Shown here in pieces: positions 16,797 to 25,839 of a DNA stretch of 64,000 nucleotides. The stretch is from Actinomycetota bacterium. Lineage in GTDB: Bacteria > Actinomycetota > Acidimicrobiia > Acidimicrobiales > CADCSY01. How positions within the stretch are numbered: position 1 is the first letter of the stretch; each line of letters opens with the position of its first letter. The translations under genes were made by a program, and so were the position numbers. The DNA is taken from contig JADDQY010000035.1 of the NCBI GenBank assembly GCA_016781135.1, positions 17,764-81,763 on the forward strand, given 5' to 3'. A model generated the notes under the pieces. It worked only from the letters and a program-made list of their open reading frames with translations, was not told the DNA's origin and searched no databases.

Positions 16797-18334
16797 TCAC
16801 CCGCACCCGCCTCGGGAGCCTTGCCGCCGCCGTCGATGCCGCCACCGACGACCTCGTGGCCCGCCGGGCGCCGGCACGCCTGTGGGCCGGCGACCACACC
16901 CTCTGGCAGGAAGATCCCACCGAGGTGGCCGACCGCCTCGGGTGGCTGCCCGTGGTCGCCGAGATGCTGGCGCAGGTCCCTGAACTCGAGGCGTTCGCCG
17001 CCAGGGCCGCAGCCGACGGGCTGCGCCACGCCGTGCTGCTCGGCATGGGCGGCTCCAGCCTGTTCCCGGAGGTGCTGTGGCGGACCTTCCGTGCCGCTCG
17101 GGGGTCGCTCGACCTGCGGGTGCTCGACACGACCGATCCCGCAGCGGTGGCGCGGGTCGCCGATGAGCTCGACCTCGACGCCTGCCTGTTCGTCGCCGCC
17201 TCCAAGTCGGGCACGACCATCGAGACCGTCAGCCAGCTGGCGCACTTCTGGGCCCTCACCGGCGAGGACGGCCGCCGCTTCGTCGCCGTCACCGACCCCG
17301 GCACCGAGCTCGCTGACCTCGGACGGGAGCGAGGGTTTCGGGCGGTGTTCGAGAACCGGCCCGACATCGGCGGCCGCTACTCCGCCCTGTCGTACTTCGG
17401 CCTGGTGCCCGCCGCGCTGCTCGGCGTCGATGTGGCCGGCCTGCTCGACCGGGCGATGGCGGCCGCCGCCGTTACCGGTCCCGACGTCGACCCCGCCAGC
17501 AACCCGGCGCTGCGGCTGGCCGCCATCATCGGCGCCGGCGTCCGACTGCGCCGGGACAAGCTCACCCTCGAGCTGCCCTACGAGATCGGGACCTTCGGCT
17601 TGTGGCTGGAGCAGCTCGTCGCCGAGTCCACGGGCAAGGGAGGCACCGGCGTCGTCCCCGTGGCCGGTGAGTTCCTCGCCGGCCCTGATCGCTACGGCGA
17701 CGACCGGCTCTTCGTGTTGACGGGGTACCGTCCGGGGCTCGAGGAGCTGGTCGAGGCCGGGCACCCCGTGGTCGAGCTGGGCTACCGCCGCCCGCTCGAC
17801 CTCGGTGGGCTGGTGCTGCTCTGGGAGCAGGCCGTGGCCCTGGCGGGGGCGGTGCTCGGCATCAACCCCTTCGACCAACCCGACGTCGCCGCCGCCAAGG
17901 AGGCCACCAGCCGTGTCCTGGCGGCGGGGCTCCCCGACATCCCGACGGTTCCGCTGGCCGAGCTCCTCGACCAGGTCGGCGCCGGTGACTACGTCGCCAT
18001 CCAGGCCTACGTCGACCCCGACGACACCGAGCTGCTCGGCGGCCTTCAGGCGGCCCGCCTGAAGCTGCGCGACCGCCTCCGGGTGGCCACCACGCTCGGC
18101 ATCGGGCCCCGCTTCTTGCACTCCACCGGCCAGCTCCACAAGGGCGGGCCGCCCTCGGGGGTGTTCGTCCAGGTGGTGGGTGACGACCCCGTCGACCTCG
18201 ACATCCCCGGCAAGCCCTTCGGCTTCTCGACGCTGAAGCGGGCCCAGGCGGCGGGCGATCTCCTCGCGCTCCAGCAGCGAGGTCTGCGGGCGGGACGGGT
18301 CGCCGTCGGCGACCTGCTGGCGGTGGCGACGTGA
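16793..18334 (+). CDS. pgi: glucose-6-phosphate isomerase
   Basis: LLGMGGSSL, ASKSGTTIET and GGRYSALS. Start is ATG 16793 (ATGA overlap with the hemL stop) or ATG 16748. Confidence 0.85.
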   Translation: MITRTRLGSLAAAVDAATDDLVARRAPARLWAGDHTLWQEDPTEVADRLGWLPVVAEMLAQVPELEAFAARAAADGLRHAVLLGMGGSSLFPEVLWRTFRAARGSLDLRVLDTTDPAAVARVADELDLDACLFVAASKSGTTIETVSQLAHFWALTGEDGRRFVAVTDPGTELADLGRERGFRAVFENRPDIGGRYSALSYFGLVPAALLGVDVAGLLDRAMAAAAVTGPDVDPASNPALRLAAIIGAGVRLRRDKLTLELPYEIGTFGLWLEQLVAESTGKGGTGVVPVAGEFLAGPDRYGDDRLFVLTGYRPGLEELVEAGHPVVELGYRRPLDLGGLVLLWEQAVALAGAVLGINPFDQPDVAAAKEATSRVLAAGLPDIPTVPLAELLDQVGAGDYVAIQAYVDPDDTELLGGLQAARLKLRDRLRVATTLGIGPRFLHSTGQLHKGGPPSGVFVQVVGDDPVDLDIPGKPFGFSTLKRAQAAGDLLALQQRGLRAGRVAVGDLLAVAT

Positions 18335-19254
18335 AGCTGGGCATGGTGGGCCTCGGCCGCATGGGGGCGAACATGTCGACGCGACTCGAGCGGGCCGGCC
18401 ACGAGGTGGTCGGCTACGACCGCAACCCGGAGGTCTCGCAGGTCGCCAGCATCGCCGAGCTGGTCGAACGCCTGGGCGAGGGGAGCCGGGCGGTGTGGAC
18501 GATGGTCCCCTCCGGCGATCCCACCGAGGCCGCCATCGCCGAGATCGCCGACCACCTGGGTGAGGGCGACGTCGTCGTCGACGGGGCCAACTCGAACTAC
18601 CACGACTCCATCCGCCGGGCTGGCGACCTGGCGGCGCGAGGCATCGGCTTCGTCGACGCCGGCGTGAGCGGGGGCGTGTGGGGCCTCGAGGAGGGCTATT
18701 GCCTCATGGTGGGGGGCGCCCCCGAGCACGTCGCCGCCCTACAGCCGGTGTTCGACGCCCTGGCCCCCGAGGAGGGCGGCTTCGTCCACGCCGGCCCGAG
18801 CGGCGCCGGGCACTACACCAAGATGGTCCACAACGGCATCGAGTACGGCCTCATGCACGCCTACGCCGAGGGCTACGAGCTGCTCGCCGCCGCCGAGCTC
18901 GAGATCGACGTCGACGGCGCCGTGGAGGCCTGGCGCCACGGCAGCGTGGTGCGCTCGTGGCTGCTCGACTTGCTGTGCCTCGCCCTCGACGGCGACCCGG
19001 CCTTGGCGTCGATCGCCGGCCGCGCCCACGACTCCGGCGAGGGGCGCTGGACGGTCAACGAGGCCGTCCGCCTGGCCGTCCCGCTCCCGGTCATCTCCGC
19101 GGCACTGTTCGCCCGGTTCTCCTCCCGCCAGCTCGACTCGCCGGCCATGAAGGTCGTGGCCGCGCTGCGCAAGCAGTTCGGGGGCCACACCACCGAGTCG
19201 GTCGAGCAGCGCCCGCACGAGGCAGGGGACGAAGAGCGCAACCGGGAGGCGTGA
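18331..19254 (+). CDS. gnd: 6-phosphogluconate dehydrogenase, decarboxylating (short Gnd/YqeC type)
   Basis: 307 aa. [16 protein letters not shown] and [20 protein letters not shown] overlap with pgi. Confidence 0.85.
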   Translation: MKLGMVGLGRMGANMSTRLERAGHEVVGYDRNPEVSQVASIAELVERLGEGSRAVWTMVPSGDPTEAAIAEIADHLGEGDVVVDGANSNYHDSIRRAGDLAARGIGFVDAGVSGGVWGLEEGYCLMVGGAPEHVAALQPVFDALAPEEGGFVHAGPSGAGHYTKMVHNGIEYGLMHAYAEGYELLAAAELEIDVDGAVEAWRHGSVVRSWLLDLLCLALDGDPALASIAGRAHDSGEGRWTVNEAVRLAVPLPVISAALFARFSSRQLDSPAMKVVAALRKQFGGHTTESVEQRPHEAGDEERNREA

Positions 19255-19258
19255 GCTC

Positions 19259-20641
19259 GTGCACTGCGACGCTCTGGTGCTGTTCGGCGCCACCGGCGAT
19301 CTCGCCCGCAAGAAGCTCTTCCCCGCGGTCTATGGCCTGGCCCGACGCTCGTTGCTCGACGGCATCCCGGTCGTGGGGGTGGCGTCGTCTCCGTGGGACG
19401 ACGACCAGCTGGCGGCCTACGCCCGTCGGTCGGTGGCCGAAAGGGTCGGCACGGTGGACGAGGAGGTGTTCGCGTCGCTGGCCGCCTCGCTGTGCTACAT
19501 CGCCGGCGACTACCGCCACCACGAGGTCTACGACGTGTTGGCGGCCCGGCTGGCCGGCTACGAGCTGCCGCTGATCTACCTCGCCATCCCCCCCGAGCTG
19601 TTCGACGACGTCATCAGCGGGCTGGCGCGGGTCGGACTGAACCAGCGGGCCCGCCTCGTGGTCGAGAAGCCCTTCGGTCGCGACAGCGCGTCTGCCGCCG
19701 CGCTGGCCGCGTGCGTGGCCTCGGCCTTTCCGGAGGAGCGGGTGTACCGCATCGACCACTTCCTGGGGAAGGAGTCAGTCGAGAACCTCCTGGTGTTCCG
19801 CTTCGCCAACTCCCTCCTCGAACCGGTCTGGAACCGGGGCTACGTCCACAGCGTCCAGGTCACCTTGGCCGAGCCGTTCGGGATCGAGGGGCGGGGCTCG
19901 TTCTACGAGAGCGTGGGGGCGTTGCGCGACGTGGTGCAGAACCACCTCCTCCAAGTGGTCACGCTGGTGGCCATGGAGCCCCCGGTGGCGGCCGACGCCG
20001 ACGCCCTCCGGGACGAGAAGGTCAAGGTGCTGCGGGCCATGCGCCCGCTCGACCCCGACCGGGTGGTGCGGGGCCAGTACCTCGGCTACCGCGACGAGCC
20101 CGGCGTCGACCCGGCGTCGGAGGTGGAGACCTACGTTGCCGCCTGCTTCGAGATCGACTCGTGGCGGTGGGCGGGGGTGCCGTTCCTGGTCCGGTCGGGC
20201 AAGCGCATGGCCACCGCCACCCTGGAGTGCGTGGTGCGCTTCCAGGCGCCGCCTCGTCTGCTGTTCGCCCCCTCCGGAGGCACCCAGCCCGAGCCCGACC
20301 TATTGGTGTTCCGCCTGGGCGGCGACGAGGGCGTCACCTTCCAGTTGTCGGCCAAGGCGCCCGGCGACGAGCTCGAGACGCGCCAGGTCGAGCTGGACGT
20401 GTCCTTCGACCGGGTGTTCGGCCCCCGCCAGGAGGCCTACGAGCGCCTCCTGGAGGACGCCATGGAGGGCGACCGGCGCCGCTTCGCCCGGGCCGACAGC
20501 CTCGCCGAGGCCTGGCGGGTGGTGCAGCCGGTGCTGGACCGGCCCGGCCCCGTGCACCCGTACCCGCCCGGCTCGTGGGGACCTCCTGAGGCGGCTGAGC
20601 TCGCCGGGCCTCTCGGCGGGTGGCACGAGTGCAGGTCCTGA
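19259..20641 (+). CDS. zwf: glucose-6-phosphate 1-dehydrogenase
   Basis: 460 aa. [23 protein letters not shown] and [10 protein letters not shown]. Confidence 0.9.
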   Translation: MHCDALVLFGATGDLARKKLFPAVYGLARRSLLDGIPVVGVASSPWDDDQLAAYARRSVAERVGTVDEEVFASLAASLCYIAGDYRHHEVYDVLAARLAGYELPLIYLAIPPELFDDVISGLARVGLNQRARLVVEKPFGRDSASAAALAACVASAFPEERVYRIDHFLGKESVENLLVFRFANSLLEPVWNRGYVHSVQVTLAEPFGIEGRGSFYESVGALRDVVQNHLLQVVTLVAMEPPVAADADALRDEKVKVLRAMRPLDPDRVVRGQYLGYRDEPGVDPASEVETYVAACFEIDSWRWAGVPFLVRSGKRMATATLECVVRFQAPPRLLFAPSGGTQPEPDLLVFRLGGDEGVTFQLSAKAPGDELETRQVELDVSFDRVFGPRQEAYERLLEDAMEGDRRRFARADSLAEAWRVVQPVLDRPGPVHPYPPGSWGPPEAAELAGPLGGWHECRS

Positions 20642-20642
20642 G

Positions 20643-21134
20643 GTGGCGGCCGTGCTCGCCGTCGACCTCGGCGGGACCTCGATGCGGGTCGCTCGGGCCG
20701 AGGCCGGCGGCGTGCTCAGCCACCGTCGAGAGGTGCCCACCCCTCCGACCCCCGGTGCCGCCCCGCTGGTGGCCCTCATGGAGGAGGTGCTGGCCGCCGG
20801 AGCTGTCGATGCCGCTGTGGTCGGGGTGCCCGGCCGGGTGGACTACGGGGCGGGGCGCCTAGAGCACGCGCCGAACCTCCCGCTGGAGTGGCGCGACGAG
20901 CTCTGCGAGGAGGCGCTGCGCTCCCGGATCGGCCTCGAGGCCGAGGAGCCCGGCATCGAGCACGAGGTCGGCGACGTTGCAGCGGCCCGCCGCGTCGTGC
21001 CCGCCCCCGACGGTGGCCATCCGGGCTGGGTCGTTCCCCGCCGGGATCACGTCTTCCCGCTGCCGCCGGCGGGCTGTGGTGACGTGGTCCCGGTACCAGG
21101 GCCCCCAGCCTGGCCCTTCGCCGCTCACCGTTGA
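20643..21134 (+). pseudogene. ROK-family (glucokinase-like) remnant: intact N-terminal ~95 aa, non-ROK continuation
   Basis: GTG 20643 lies 1 nt after the zwf stop. VLAVDLGGTSMRVA (ATP-binding phosphate-1 motif) and VGVPGRVD are ROK-like. After the palindrome GGCCTCGAGGCC (20931..20942) the similarity is lost and hand-counted GC3 drops from about 90% to about 78%. The ROK signature, zinc motif and NDAN segment are absent. Confidence 0.45.
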
Positions 21135-21174
21135 GCGTTAGCCCCGCTTGCTCGTTCCGGGTAGGGATCGGGGC

Positions 21175-21828
21175 ATGTCCCAGCGACCCCCGGTTGGCGA
21201 GGTCGACGTCGTCGACGACGTGGCCGGCGCCTTCGCCGCCCTGGTGGCCGCCGAGGCGCCGTCGACGGTCGCCCTGTCCGGCGGGAGCACCGCCCGGCGG
21301 TGCTACCAGGCGTTGGCGGCCAGGGACATCGACTGGCGAGGTGTGACCGTGCTGTTCGGCGACGAGCGGTGGGTGCCGGTCGGCTCGCCCGACTCCAACG
21401 AGGGGATGGCCCGGGAGGTGCTGCTCGACCACGTGGACCCGGGAGCGGTCCGGTCGATGCGGGAGGCCGGCGCCAGCCTCGAGGCGGCCGCCGATGCCTA
21501 CCACCGCCTGGTGGGCGAGGTGGCGCCGATCGACCTCGTGCACCTGGGGCTGGGTGACGACGGGCACACCGCCTCGCTGTTCCCCGGGTCGCCCGCCCTC
21601 GACGTCGACGACCGCCTGGTGGTGGCCACCGGCGATGACGCCCACCCCCATCCCCGGCTCACGCTGACCTATCCGGGGATCACCCGGGCCGGTGTAGCGG
21701 TGGTCACGGTCAGCGGTGCCGCCAAGGCCGACGCGTGGCAGCGGCTGTGCCGGGGCGACGACGTCCCCGCCGCTCGCGTTCGGGCTCCGCGGGTGCTGTG
21801 GCTCGTCGACCCGGCGGCCGCTGGCTGA
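21175..21828 (+). CDS. pgl: 6-phosphogluconolactonase
   Basis: ALSGGSTAR, FGDERWVP and GLGDDGHTASLFPG. ATG 21175 is preferred over the track's TTG 21148. Confidence 0.85.
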   Translation: MSQRPPVGEVDVVDDVAGAFAALVAAEAPSTVALSGGSTARRCYQALAARDIDWRGVTVLFGDERWVPVGSPDSNEGMAREVLLDHVDPGAVRSMREAGASLEAAADAYHRLVGEVAPIDLVHLGLGDDGHTASLFPGSPALDVDDRLVVATGDDAHPHPRLTLTYPGITRAGVAVVTVSGAAKADAWQRLCRGDDVPAARVRAPRVLWLVDPAAAG

Positions 21829-21842
21829 CGCAGCCGCCCTGT

Positions 21843-23081
21843 CTAGGGCGAGCGCTCCGGTACCAGGCGGGCGAGGGCGGCGACCGCTCGGTACGCCGTC
21901 TCGGCGGGGCCGAGCTCGTCGGGGCGCAGCAGGTTGGCCATGATGCGCAGCACCCACTCCATGAGCGACCGGGAGTGCATCCCCACCCGGGTGAGCTCGC
22001 GCATCAGCACCGGCCGGCCGATGATGGCGGCGAAGCCCCGGGCCACCTTGAAGTACAGGCCGAACTCCCGCCGCAGCATCTCCGGGTAGCGCTGCAGGGC
22101 GAGACCGTCGCCGCTCGTGAGCGCCTCGCTGACCACCCCGGCGGCCATGCGGCCGGTCTCGTAGGCGTAGTCGATGCCCTCGCCGTTGAACGGGTTGACC
22201 GACCCGGCGGCGTCGCCCACCGCGAGCCACGTCGGCCCTGCCTTGGGCCCGACCGACCCCGCCATGGGCAGGCGTCCGCCGGTGGGCTGGCCGACCTGGG
22301 TCTCGGGGCTGATCCCCCAGCGTGCCGGCGCGGTGGCGGCGAACTCGGCCATGAGGTGCGAGGTGTTGACCTGCCTCCAGTGACGGAAGGTCGACAGCAG
22401 CCCGATCCCGACGTTGATGGTCCCGTCGCCCAGCGGGAAGATCCAGCCGTAGCCGGGGAGCGAGGCACCGTTGCGGTCGCGCACGTCCAGGGCGCTCTCG
22501 ATCCACGGATCGTCGTGTCGCGGGCTGCGCCAGTAGCCGCGGATGGCCATGCCGAGGGGATACGAGCGGTTCCGGGAGGTGCCCAGCGCCCGGCCGAAGC
22601 GGGAGTTGGCCCCGTCGGCGACCACCACGTAGCGGGCCCGCAGCTCCTCGGGCTCGGCCGAGGCGCCCCGGCGCACCACCGCCCCGGCCACCAGGCCGCG
22701 CTCGAGGACCGGGCCCAGCACCTCGCTGCCCTGCAGCAGGGTGGCGCCGGCCTTGACCGCGTGCTCGGCCACCAGCTGGTCGAGGTGGCGGCGCCGCACG
22801 ACGTAACCGTGGGAGGGGAAGTGGGGGTGGTCCGGCCACGGCAGCTCGAGGGTGACGCCGTGCGCCACCGCCCGCAGGCCGACGAAGCGATGGTGGCCGG
22901 CCGCCACCTGGTCCTCGAGGCCCATGTCGGCCAGCTGGCGCACGGCCCGCGGGGTGAGCCCGTCACCGCAGGTCTTGTCGCGGGGGAAGGTCTTGCGCTC
23001 GACGACCACCACGTCGTGGCCGGCCTGGGCGAGCCAGTAGGCGGTGGCGGCGCCGGCGGGACCACCGCCGACCACCACCAC
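21843..23081 (-). CDS. geranylgeranyl reductase family FAD oxidoreductase (MenJ-like menaquinone/isoprenoid reductase candidate)
   Basis: VVVVGGGPAGAATA, CGDGLTPRA, ADGANS and GDAAGSVNPFNGEGI. Start placed at GTG 23081; the region immediately upstream overlaps the cytochrome c stop at 23099..23101. The N-terminal 180 aa of the track ORF is an off-frame artefact. Confidence 0.8.
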   Translation of the reverse strand: MVVVGGGPAGAATAYWLAQAGHDVVVVERKTFPRDKTCGDGLTPRAVRQLADMGLEDQVAAGHHRFVGLRAVAHGVTLELPWPDHPHFPSHGYVVRRRHLDQLVAEHAVKAGATLLQGSEVLGPVLERGLVAGAVVRRGASAEPEELRARYVVVADGANSRFGRALGTSRNRSYPLGMAIRGYWRSPRHDDPWIESALDVRDRNGASLPGYGWIFPLGDGTINVGIGLLSTFRHWRQVNTSHLMAEFAATAPARWGISPETQVGQPTGGRLPMAGSVGPKAGPTWLAVGDAAGSVNPFNGEGIDYAYETGRMAAGVVSEALTSGDGLALQRYPEMLRREFGLYFKVARGFAAIIGRPVLMRELTRVGMHSRSLMEWVLRIMANLLRPDELGPAETAYRAVAALARLVPERSP

Positions 23082-23098
23082 CTCGGCGCGGGTGGAGG

Positions 23099-23872
23099 TC
23101 AGCCTCCGCTCCCGGCCTCCGAGGAGTCGTCGCCACCGGCGCTCTGGGCCTCCTCCGCCGGGGCCTCGCCGGCGGGGACCCCGCCCTCGCCGCCCGCCAG
23201 GGCCGACTCCGCCTCGCCGCCGAGGATCTCGCGCTCGTAGCGCACCACGGCAAGGATCTCCTCCTCGGTGAGCAGGTCGCCGAAGGGGGGCATGGGGCCA
23301 CCTGAGGTCTGCGACGAGATGTGCTGGCCGCCCGGTCGGTCGGGGTTGCCGTACGGGGTGCCCGCGGGCGGTGAGCCGTTCACGACCCAGTCGATGTGCT
23401 GGGCGGGGTCGGGGAAGGTGGCGAGCACCTCCCCGGCGCTGAGCGGGCGGCCGACGCCGCCGCCGCCGTCGGCTCCGTGGCAGCTGGCGCACGAGGCGGC
23501 GTAGATGGACTGGCCTTGGAGCAGCACCGGGTCGGTGATGCCCTTCTCGGGCACCACGAGAGACCCGGCGTAGACGACCGCCCAGATCGGCAGCAGGGCG
23601 AGCACGGGCACGGCCCACGCCGGGATCTTGGGGCGCCCGAGCGCGGCGGCGACGTAGGGAGGGGGCGGGGGGGGTGGCGGGGGAGGCCCGGTGGGCGCTA
23701 CCGGAGCTGCCGGAGCAGCGGCCGCCGGGGCCGCCGCCGGGGCGGCGGAGGGAACTGCGGGGCTGGCCGACGAGGGGGGGGGAGCAGCGTCACCGTCACC
23801 GCCACCGCTGAGGCCGAGGGCGGCACGACGCTCCCGCGAGCGCTGCAGGAGGTGCTCGGGGACCTCGGTCAC
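23099..23872 (-). CDS. membrane-anchored monoheme class I cytochrome c with a long cytoplasmic N-terminal tail
   Basis: 257 aa. One CxxCH (CASCHG) and distal Met in GGPMPPFG. One TM (IPAWAVPVLALLPIWAVVYAG). N-terminal MTEVPEHLLQR motif, an Ala/Pro linker with 10 consecutive Pro, and an acidic Gly/Glu tail. SD GGAGGTG upstream of the GTG. Confidence 0.8.
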   Translation of the reverse strand: MTEVPEHLLQRSRERRAALGLSGGGDGDAAPPPSSASPAVPSAAPAAAPAAAAPAAPVAPTGPPPPPPPPPPYVAAALGRPKIPAWAVPVLALLPIWAVVYAGSLVVPEKGITDPVLLQGQSIYAASCASCHGADGGGGVGRPLSAGEVLATFPDPAQHIDWVVNGSPPAGTPYGNPDRPGGQHISSQTSGGPMPPFGDLLTEEEILAVVRYEREILGGEAESALAGGEGGVPAGEAPAEEAQSAGGDDSSEAGSGG

Positions 23873-24111
23873 GTCTCACCTCCAGCGTCGGGTCGGTACC
23901 TCGGACGGCAGCGGCCGCCCGCCTGACGGTCGCCAGCCTACGTTGATCGCTCGGCCAGAGAGCAAGTCGCCGACGTCCCCGATTCCGGGCCTGCGATGTG
24001 CCGGGCGCCTCGGGTCGGTGGTAGACCTGACGGCCATCGCCGAGGAGGGGGAGGACCTGGGGAGTGGGTAGGCGTGCGGCTGGGTCGATACGCTTTCCCG
24101 GCACCACGGCG

Positions 24112-24132
24112 TACAATGTGAGAACTTTCACT
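24112..24132 (+). promoter_or_regulatory. candidate bc-operon promoter -10 TACAAT overlapped by the Rex-operator-like site TGTGAGAACTTTCACT
   Basis: TACAAT at 24112..24117. ATGTGAGAACTTTCACTA matches 11 of 14 positions of TTGTGAA-N4-TTCACAA. Lies in the lowest-GC patch of the 297-nt divergent region. Confidence 0.45.
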
Positions 24133-24169
24133 AGTCGGGGATCGGCATGAGCGGGGAGGAGGTCACCGG

Positions 24170-24610
24170 TTGGTTGCGTTCGGCGTGTCCTTGGCGGTGA
24201 CCTTCGGTTCCATCGCCGCCGGTCTGTCGCGGATGAAGCGCCGGCCACTCGACACCCCCCTCACCTGGGGCGAAGCGATGTTGGCGGCCACGTTCGTGTT
24301 CTTCGTGCTGTTCATGGCCTATGGGGTGGTGCCCCACCAGTGGCTCACCTGGGCCGACAACGAGCTCAACTGGCGGCCCGACCGCTTGCTGGCCGGCCCC
24401 GGCGCCGTGTTCACCAAGTTGCCGTTCGACCTCACCTACCTGGTGCTCCGCGACGTCGTGGTCAGCGCCATCTACGGCGCCTTCCTCGTCGCCCAGGTCG
24501 TGGTGTGGAAGCTGTGGCAGACCCGGGGCAAGGCAGGTGCCACTGGCCAGCCCGAGCTCGAGACCTCTCCGTTCGGTCGTCCCCTCGTCAAGCTCGTGAA
24601 GAAGGCCTGA
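24170..24610 (+). CDS. small integral membrane protein, first gene of the Rieske/cytochrome b6 operon
   Basis: 146 aa with about 3 predicted TM helices. TTG start with a strong SD GGGGAGGAGG 8 nt upstream. Its stop lies 3 nt before the ferredoxin ATG. No family recognised. Confidence 0.6.
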   Translation: MVAFGVSLAVTFGSIAAGLSRMKRRPLDTPLTWGEAMLAATFVFFVLFMAYGVVPHQWLTWADNELNWRPDRLLAGPGAVFTKLPFDLTYLVLRDVVVSAIYGAFLVAQVVVWKLWQTRGKAGATGQPELETSPFGRPLVKLVKKA

Positions 24611-24613
24611 CCT

Positions 24614-25027
24614 ATGCCCAAGACTGATGCCAACCCGCCCATGCCGACCTTCTCAGGCGACTACGTCCTTCAGGAGATCGCGCCCGACGCGCTGTCGAAG
24701 TCGGTGAAGCCCAAGCAGTTCCTCCACATCGACCAGTCCGAGTGCATCATGTGCGAGGGCTGCGTCGACATCTGCCCGTGGAAGTGCATCCACATGCTCT
24801 CCACCGAGGCCATCACCGACGCCACCAACACGACGGCCCCGGGCATCGATCCCGACGACCACGTCATCTTCGTGGTCGACGAGGACATCTGCACCCGCTG
24901 CGCCCTATGTGTCGACCGGTGTCCCACCGGGGTCATCGTCCTCGGCAAGGCCGGAGTGGCGGCTCGCGACGGCGACCAGCACCAGCGCGACAACAACCAC
25001 GGCTACGGCTACGGGATGCGCTTCTAG
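24614..25027 (+). CDS. 2x[4Fe-4S] ferredoxin-type protein
   Basis: 137 aa. Two complete motifs, [12 protein letters not shown] and [12 protein letters not shown]. No signal peptide or TM. Its stop lies 1 nt before the cytochrome b ATG. Confidence 0.85.
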   Translation: MPKTDANPPMPTFSGDYVLQEIAPDALSKSVKPKQFLHIDQSECIMCEGCVDICPWKCIHMLSTEAITDATNTTAPGIDPDDHVIFVVDEDICTRCALCVDRCPTGVIVLGKAGVAARDGDQHQRDNNHGYGYGMRF

Positions 25028-25028
25028 C

Positions 25029-25811
25029 ATGGCCAGGACCGTCCAGGGCCACGGGGGAGGGCTGGCCGAGAAGGTCGGCAAGCGGCTCGAGACCATGCAG
25101 AGCTCCCAGGCCTGGAACTCGATCTTCCGGCCGGGTTCGATCTTCCGCAAGGGCTACACCGACAGCCCCCGGAACCGGTCCTACGTGATCATGAACTCGG
25201 TGCTGTACCACCTGCACCCGGTCAAGGTGAAGCGCCACGCGGTCAAGGTCAGCTACACCCTGTGCCTCGGCGGCCTCTCGTTCTTCCTGTTCATCGTGCT
25301 CACCGTCACCGGCATCTTCTTGATGTTCTTCTACCGCCCCACCGCCGCCCAGGCGTGGGACGACATCCAGTCCCTGCACACGTCGGTGACGTTCGGGCTG
25401 CTCGTGCGCAACATGCATCGGTGGGGAGCCCACTTGATGGTGCTGAGCGTGTTCCTGCACATGGCCAGGGTCTTCTACCACGGCGCCTACAAGCCGCCCC
25501 GGGAGTTCAACTGGGTGATCGGGGTGATCCTGCTCACCCTCACCCTGCTGCTCTCGTTCACCGGCTACCTGCTGCCCTGGGACCAGCTGGCTCTGTGGGC
25601 GGTGACCGTGGGCACCAACATGATGGGCTACACCCCGGTGTTCGGCGATCAGGTCCGCTTCGTGCTGCTCGGCGGGGTGGAGATCGGCACCGACACCTTG
25701 CTGCGCTGGTATGTGCTCCACGTCCTGATGCTGCCGTTCGTCCTCGTGATCTTCCTCGCCGTGCACTTCTGGCGGGTGCGCAAGGACGGCGGCATCTCCG
25801 GGCCACTGTAG
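25029..25811 (+). CDS. cytochrome b6-type (split, N-terminal four-helix) cytochrome b
   Basis: 260 aa from ATG 25029. Helix B His pair [15 protein letters not shown] (13 residues between). Helix D His pair [16 protein letters not shown] (14 between, b6-like). LCLGG Cys at the position of the heme ci-binding Cys of b6 and Bacillus QcrB. Confidence 0.9.
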   Translation: MARTVQGHGGGLAEKVGKRLETMQSSQAWNSIFRPGSIFRKGYTDSPRNRSYVIMNSVLYHLHPVKVKRHAVKVSYTLCLGGLSFFLFIVLTVTGIFLMFFYRPTAAQAWDDIQSLHTSVTFGLLVRNMHRWGAHLMVLSVFLHMARVFYHGAYKPPREFNWVIGVILLTLTLLLSFTGYLLPWDQLALWAVTVGTNMMGYTPVFGDQVRFVLLGGVEIGTDTLLRWYVLHVLMLPFVLVIFLAVHFWRVRKDGGISGPL

Positions 25812-25839
25812 GGCGACGGCAGAGGGAGGCGACACGACC

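Noticed and set aside
24044-24084. G-rich tract GGGGGAGGACCTGGGGAGTGGGTAGG...GGG as a potential G-quadruplex upstream of the bc promoter
   Set aside because: The last loop would be 13 nt, and G-runs of this kind are frequent by composition in a genome this GC-rich. There is no specific support.
24147-24200. 17-codon ORF (MSGEEVTGWLRSACPWR) in the bc-operon leader
   Set aside because: It overlaps the SD and the TTG start of the first operon gene. The GGAGGAGG it contains is better explained as that gene's ribosome-binding site.
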